64,000 bases of DNA from Oligoflexia bacterium (GTDB lineage: Bacteria > Bdellovibrionota_C > UBA2361 > JAFLCA01), in the NCBI GenBank assembly GCA_019694465.1, contig JAIBBV010000002.1, positions 1-64,000 on the forward strand, given 5' to 3'. Numbering within the stretch: the stretch's first letter is position 1; each line of letters begins with the position of its first letter. Below the pieces are notes generated by a model, which worked only from the letters and a program-made list of their open reading frames with translations, was not told the origin of the DNA and ran no database searches. Both the position numbers and the translations under genes were made by a program. Below are positions 59,767-64,000 of this stretch, in pieces.

Positions 59767-60294
59767 TTGCTTAGAGCCATGGTCGAAATTAGCATCCCTG
59801 CAGCTTACCTTGTAATTGGCGCTTTGTCGGCCTTGCTTGCGCTTCAAGTCGGCGTGGGCCTATTTTCTTGGGTAGCGATGCGTCGAGCTTGCCGTGAGCA
59901 GGCTCTTGCTAGTCGCGAGATTTTTGGACTTGTTCGTAAGCTTGAAGGATTAACTTCTTCCAAGCGTGAGCAAATGCTTAAACAGTACGACAAGATACTG
60001 GACCAATTGTCGCATCGGTTGCCACCCACAATAGCGTCTCAAGCCAGTGAGCAGATATTTGAAACAGAGAGTCGCATTTTAGCGCGTTTAGCCGATCTTG
60101 AGCCTAGTCTTAAGTCAGATCAAGGCGCGCAGAAAAAAATGGACGAACTTATAAAGTCCATGGAAAAGTTGGAACAAACCTTGGTGGCCTCAACCGCTGA
60201 GACAGTGCAGAAAATTCTGGCCGATAATCGCCGAGCACTTTTCAGCGACGCTGATGCTATAGAGGAAGATGTGCTGCCAGTCTTGCTGTCTTGA
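59767..60294 (+). CDS. hypothetical membrane-anchored coiled-coil protein
   Basis: N-terminal TM (IPAAYLVIGALSALLALQVGVGLFSWVAM) then a helical K/E/Q/L-rich region. No family recognised. Confidence 0.45.
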   Translation: MLRAMVEISIPAAYLVIGALSALLALQVGVGLFSWVAMRRACREQALASREIFGLVRKLEGLTSSKREQMLKQYDKILDQLSHRLPPTIASQASEQIFETESRILARLADLEPSLKSDQGAQKKMDELIKSMEKLEQTLVASTAETVQKILADNRRALFSDADAIEEDVLPVLLS

Positions 60295-60384
60295 GAACTC
60301 ATTCTAAGATTACATAACGAATAATCCTTCGACGCTTAGCGACCAGTCTTTGCTTATTCCATCCAAATGGGGTAATCCACCACT

Positions 60385-62124
60385 ATGCATCAAGCTGCAG
60401 TAGAAAACAGAGAATTTGCGCCGGTAGAGACCGCTCACCGCAAGATTCGCCTTAGAAAACAGCTTGTTAAGCAGGCAGATGCTATCGCGCAGGAGTATAG
60501 CCTTAGTGCCGTAGCCTCCAGAGTCTTGGCTGCGCGCGGGCACACAGTTGGGGAGGATCTGCAAAACTACCTGTCTCCAACGTTGAAAGATGGCCTGCCT
60601 GACCCTAATAAACTTAAGAACCTAGCACTAGCCTGCCGCTTGATTAAGGAAGTGGCTGATACAGGCAAGGGCATAGCGATTTGTTGCGACTTCGACGTCG
60701 ATGGACTCTCGGGTGGTGCACAGGTACACGACTTCTTCAATCAAATTGGTGTTCAAAGCCAAGTGTTTGTCCCTGATCGCTTCGAAGATGGTTATGGCTT
60801 GAATGAGAAAATGGTGCGCGAGATAGCCGAAAAGAAATTCGGTCTGTTGCTTACCATCGACTATGGCACAACTAACGTTAAGGAATTAGAACTTGCCCAC
60901 AAGCTGGGGCTGAAGTCAGTAGTGGTAGATCATCATCACGTTAGTGGACAGAAGCCCCCAGCAGATTTCTTCATTAACCCAAACCAGAAGGGTTGTGGGT
61001 TCGCCGGTAAAATTCTTTGTGCATCTGGTTTGGCCTGGTACCTATTGGTTGCGTTGAAAGGGTTTTTCCCTCAGGCCAAACAACTAGATGTAAAAAACTA
61101 TCTCGACCTGGCATGTCTTGGAACGATTTGCGATATGGTGCCATTAATCGGCGCAAATCGAGTAATCGCGAAACGCGGCTTGGAGCTATTGGGACAGACA
61201 ACCCGTCCTGGGCTTGTGGCACTAAAGAATGTTTCCGGCATCAATCAAACTGTAAATTGTTTCGATGTTGGGTTTGGTATCGGGCCACGCTTGAACGCTG
61301 CCGGTCGAATCGTGCATGGCGATATAGTCGTACAGCTACTTACAACAAGTGATTCGAAGTTGGCGACCAAGCTTGCACAGAGACTTAATAAACTTAACTT
61401 AGAGCGGCAGCACACCGAAGGTTTGGTTAAAGAGGCGGCTGTGGAGCGAATCAGGTCGCGGGGCCATCTCCCTGCTGGGCTCGTCGTATATGACAAGGAA
61501 TTTCACACTGGTGTGGTCGGAATTGTTGCACAGCGGCTGGTAGAAATGTTCTATCGCCCGGCCGTGGTGCTGGGTCGCGACAGTGATGGCTTGTATAAAG
61601 GCTCCGTGCGAGGGATTCGAGGCTTCAATGTGGTCGAAGCCTTGGGAGCAGTGAGCGAGCACTTGGTCAAGTTTGGTGGACACGAAGGAGCAGGTGGGCT
61701 TTCGGTTCAAGAAGCGAACTTTGAGGCGTTTGAGGAAGCCTTTGTTAGGGAGTGTGAGCGTCGGCTTAGTGATATAGAGACAGATCCTGTTGCTGAGGCG
61801 GACACCGAGGCGTCTTTATCAGATCTGCACCCTGACTTAATTTCTGAACTTAAACGATTTGCTCCCTTTGGAATTGGCAATCCAAATCCACAACTACTTT
61901 TTAGAGGATTGAAGGTTGCCGAAGTGCGTAGTCTTAAGGACGCGCACCTAAAAGTCACTTTTTCTGATGGCAAAGCGGGAGTTACGGGCCTCATGTGGCG
62001 TACCAAGTCTCATCCTGCGTTGAAAGTTGGTGCTCAAGTTGATGTGGTTGGTCGCCCAGATATGAGTAACTTTGGTGGGCGCTCCGAGTTACAGCTTAAT
62101 CTGCAAGCTGTAGAGAGTGCCTAG
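60385..62124 (+). CDS. recJ: single-stranded-DNA-specific exonuclease RecJ
   Basis: DHH motifs ICCDFDVDGLSGG, LTIDYGTTN, VVDHHH. DHHA1 region GGHEGAGGL. 579 aa. Confidence 0.9.
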   Translation: MHQAAVENREFAPVETAHRKIRLRKQLVKQADAIAQEYSLSAVASRVLAARGHTVGEDLQNYLSPTLKDGLPDPNKLKNLALACRLIKEVADTGKGIAICCDFDVDGLSGGAQVHDFFNQIGVQSQVFVPDRFEDGYGLNEKMVREIAEKKFGLLLTIDYGTTNVKELELAHKLGLKSVVVDHHHVSGQKPPADFFINPNQKGCGFAGKILCASGLAWYLLVALKGFFPQAKQLDVKNYLDLACLGTICDMVPLIGANRVIAKRGLELLGQTTRPGLVALKNVSGINQTVNCFDVGFGIGPRLNAAGRIVHGDIVVQLLTTSDSKLATKLAQRLNKLNLERQHTEGLVKEAAVERIRSRGHLPAGLVVYDKEFHTGVVGIVAQRLVEMFYRPAVVLGRDSDGLYKGSVRGIRGFNVVEALGAVSEHLVKFGGHEGAGGLSVQEANFEAFEEAFVRECERRLSDIETDPVAEADTEASLSDLHPDLISELKRFAPFGIGNPNPQLLFRGLKVAEVRSLKDAHLKVTFSDGKAGVTGLMWRTKSHPALKVGAQVDVVGRPDMSNFGGRSELQLNLQAVESA

Positions 62125-62245
62125 CGGCGACAAGGGATGCGTAGCAGGGCTTTGGCAATGCCAGAGAGGTGTGGCAATTAGCGTGGGTGATCTCAATACA
62201 TGTAGTGCGATTAGGTTATATGGGCTCTAATCGCGAAACTGTTTC

Positions 62246-63310
62246 TTAAGGCGCGGCAAGATTGCTTCTGATCTTATCCTCAAGACCATTTACGATCTTA
62301 GCCATGTTCTTAGCTGCCTTTTCGATAGCATCAAGTGCGCAGACGGATGAAGCTGAGGCCTGACCGCTGGCTTTGGCTACGAAGACCATTGCAACTATTT
62401 CTTGAAGTGGGTTGTTTAGGTCGTTTCTTATATCAGCCCCTAATGTACGTATGCTGGTGTCAGCTTTGGCTTGAGGCGTACTGCGAGCCTTCGCATGTGT
62501 AGCTTCATTGACGTCAGGTGATTGGATTTTGCGCAGAGTACTGCAGTGATAGGGGGAGTCGTTTAGCATGGCCATGCTCTTTGCAGTTGAGGCGCCAATA
62601 ACGATCAACTCAGCTGGCGATTGCATGCGTTCTAAGGCGTCACGTAGTTTGGCAATACTACCGTCCGGGAGAATCTGATTTGATATTATTATGTCGATGT
62701 GACGTCGGCCTAGGATCCAACGTGCTGTTTCAATCGAAGGAGCATACATGATTGAGCAGGCTGGCATTTGAAGTGTTAGTTGTAAGCTTATCTCTTTGGC
62801 CTGTTCGTGTGAGGCATTGATGACGAGAGCGTTACATGGCTGAGCACTTGGACCTATCGGAAGAGAAGGGAGCTTTGGTGGGGGAGCGACTTTAGGCTTA
62901 GGCGTGGGTAGGGGTGGGCGTGGAGCTGCGCTGCTTAGCAGAAGTGTGCGCCGGTTAAAGGGGAGGCTTTGTTTGGTTTCAGCTGGGGCCATAACCTGCA
63001 GTTCAACCAAGATGGAGGGGTTGTTAATGGGGCTGGCCATACTGCAGTTTTCTACCGTGCAATAGGGCTGTGCTCCTCTCCCCCGCAATAATGATGCAGA
63101 AGTGCCAAGATCGATTCGCGGCCCCAGGGCTTGTGCTGGGTGCTTATTGCGGGCGCTATGGTTTGCATTTTGTAGGGGATTGCTTGCGCTGTCTGCTGCG
63201 CAGCCATCGTCGTAATGACAAGCTGTCGTGCTTGTGGATAACAAAGCAATGCCCTGCTGATTGAATACCTGCCTAGAAGCTACTTCAAAAATAGCTTCTA
63301 GGCGCGCCAA
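62246..63310 (-). CDS. hypothetical protein with Pro-rich linker and degenerate receiver-like domain (true start probably internal, about MASPINNP/MAPAETK)
   Basis: PRPPLPTPKPKVAPPPKLPSLP linker. Receiver-like ALVINASHE...IDIIISNQILPDGS...ELIVIGAST with Asn in place of the acidic pocket/phospho-Asp. Followed by an H-box-like DIRNDLNNPLQEIV lacking His. Confidence 0.4.
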   Translation of the reverse strand: MARLEAIFEVASRQVFNQQGIALLSTSTTACHYDDGCAADSASNPLQNANHSARNKHPAQALGPRIDLGTSASLLRGRGAQPYCTVENCSMASPINNPSILVELQVMAPAETKQSLPFNRRTLLLSSAAPRPPLPTPKPKVAPPPKLPSLPIGPSAQPCNALVINASHEQAKEISLQLTLQMPACSIMYAPSIETARWILGRRHIDIIISNQILPDGSIAKLRDALERMQSPAELIVIGASTAKSMAMLNDSPYHCSTLRKIQSPDVNEATHAKARSTPQAKADTSIRTLGADIRNDLNNPLQEIVAMVFVAKASGQASASSVCALDAIEKAAKNMAKIVNGLEDKIRSNLAAP

Positions 63311-63349
63311 GGATGACTTGTAGTCCGATGTGCTTAGAACGCAGCCGTT

Positions 63350-64000
63350 CTAGTTTTCAGAAAATATCACTAGCGGACCATTTAGAGGTCTGACCGTCGA
63401 TAGCTGCCAAAGTCTCCAGATTAGATCTTGGTCTAGTGTTAAGTCGCCAGAAAGTATTTCACGTCCATCATAAGTGATAACCGGTCGTGAGAGCTTCATG
63501 CCTGGCATAAGACTAGCGATTGGTACACGCTTCTCTTCTTGTGAAATTCTCTGTGTGCGCCACTCTTCAGCAGCTTTTTGTAGCTTCGGATCCCGACGCA
63601 TCTGACGCGGCACAATAAAGGCAAATGGGTGACAGGTGATTGCCTCTGATAGAAACTTAACCAGCGCGCACAGCGGTCGCGGATGAATGTCGGCGAGCTG
63701 TTCAGAGCGAATCTTCTTCATGAGCATATATGCCCTACGCGGATTCCAATGCCCGCCCTGGAAGCAAACCCGATCGCATAGGTCTGCTGCCATGATTGTT
63801 GATGCCGCTACACACACGATGTTATCGTTGATTTCCTCTTCCCGACCAATCAGCTTGCCAAGCATGGCAAGCAGGTTCCCCACGTCTGGTGCTTTTAAGT
63901 TGATAGCAGCATGCATGGCGCTATCTTTAATGCGACTACATAGCTCGCGTCGGAATGCTGATAGGCGAGGCTCGTGATACTCGCGACGGACTAGGTCTGG
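63350..64000 (-). CDS. hypothetical protein, N-terminus beyond window end (partial); weak resemblance to HD-type phosphohydrolase regulatory domains
   Basis: Minus-strand frame stays open from 63916 to the window edge (...PDLVRREYHEPRLSAFRRELCSRIKDSAMHAAINLK...). No family confidently recognised. Confidence 0.4.
   Translation of the reverse strand, partial: PDLVRREYHEPRLSAFRRELCSRIKDSAMHAAINLKAPDVGNLLAMLGKLIGREEEINDNIVCVAASTIMAADLCDRVCFQGGHWNPRRAYMLMKKIRSEQLADIHPRPLCALVKFLSEAITCHPFAFIVPRQMRRDPKLQKAAEEWRTQRISQEEKRVPIASLMPGMKLSRPVITYDGREILSGDLTLDQDLIWRLWQLSTVRPLNGPLVIFSEN

Overview
The window is a 64 kb chromosomal stretch from a diderm (Gram-negative) bacterium, with GC around 50% by eye. Gene content points to a delta-proteobacteria-like lineage (Myxococcota/Bdellovibrionota type). 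The evidence is parA-parB followed directly by a bactofilin gene, an atpF'-F-H-A-G-D-C operon with no a/c subunit genes, and an Mla lipid-asymmetry operon.

Most of the window is conserved core genes: UvrD-family helicase, rlmE-mlaEFDC, prfB with its programmed +1 frameshift, parAB, ATP synthase F1/b genes, rppH and recJ.

Between the core blocks sit three other regions:
- An accessory island at about 6.2-20 kb. It holds a tail-anchored protein coupled to an M48 protease, a Cys-rich secreted protein, a 640-aa flagellin whose central domain looks like a PD40 (TolB-like) beta-propeller, a sulfatase-ECF sigma-anti-sigma operon, hypothetical exported proteins, an SPFH protein with four internal repeats, and an adenosine-deaminase-like gene.
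- A Wzx/Wzy-type surface polysaccharide locus of about 18.5 kb (20.2-38.7 kb). It has a WecA-like initiating transferase fused to a CapD-N-like domain, six GT1 glycosyltransferases (one fused to a SAM methyltransferase), an SGNH hydrolase, AsnB, a GT-C-like membrane protein and a TrmB regulator.
- A small cluster of two orphan Liv-type solute-binding proteins flanking a glutamate dehydrogenase.

Non-coding signals I could support:
- Two palindromic parS-like sites (GTTCCACGTGGAAC) flanking parA.
- The prfB frameshift cassette (AGGGGG-N3-CTT TGA C).
- A sigma-70-like promoter in front of rlmE and a terminator after atpC.
- Hairpins in a 1.2 kb gene-poor gap between the atp operon and an orphan GspE/PilB-like ATPase.

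I recognised no tRNA/rRNA genes, CRISPR arrays, transposases or integrases.
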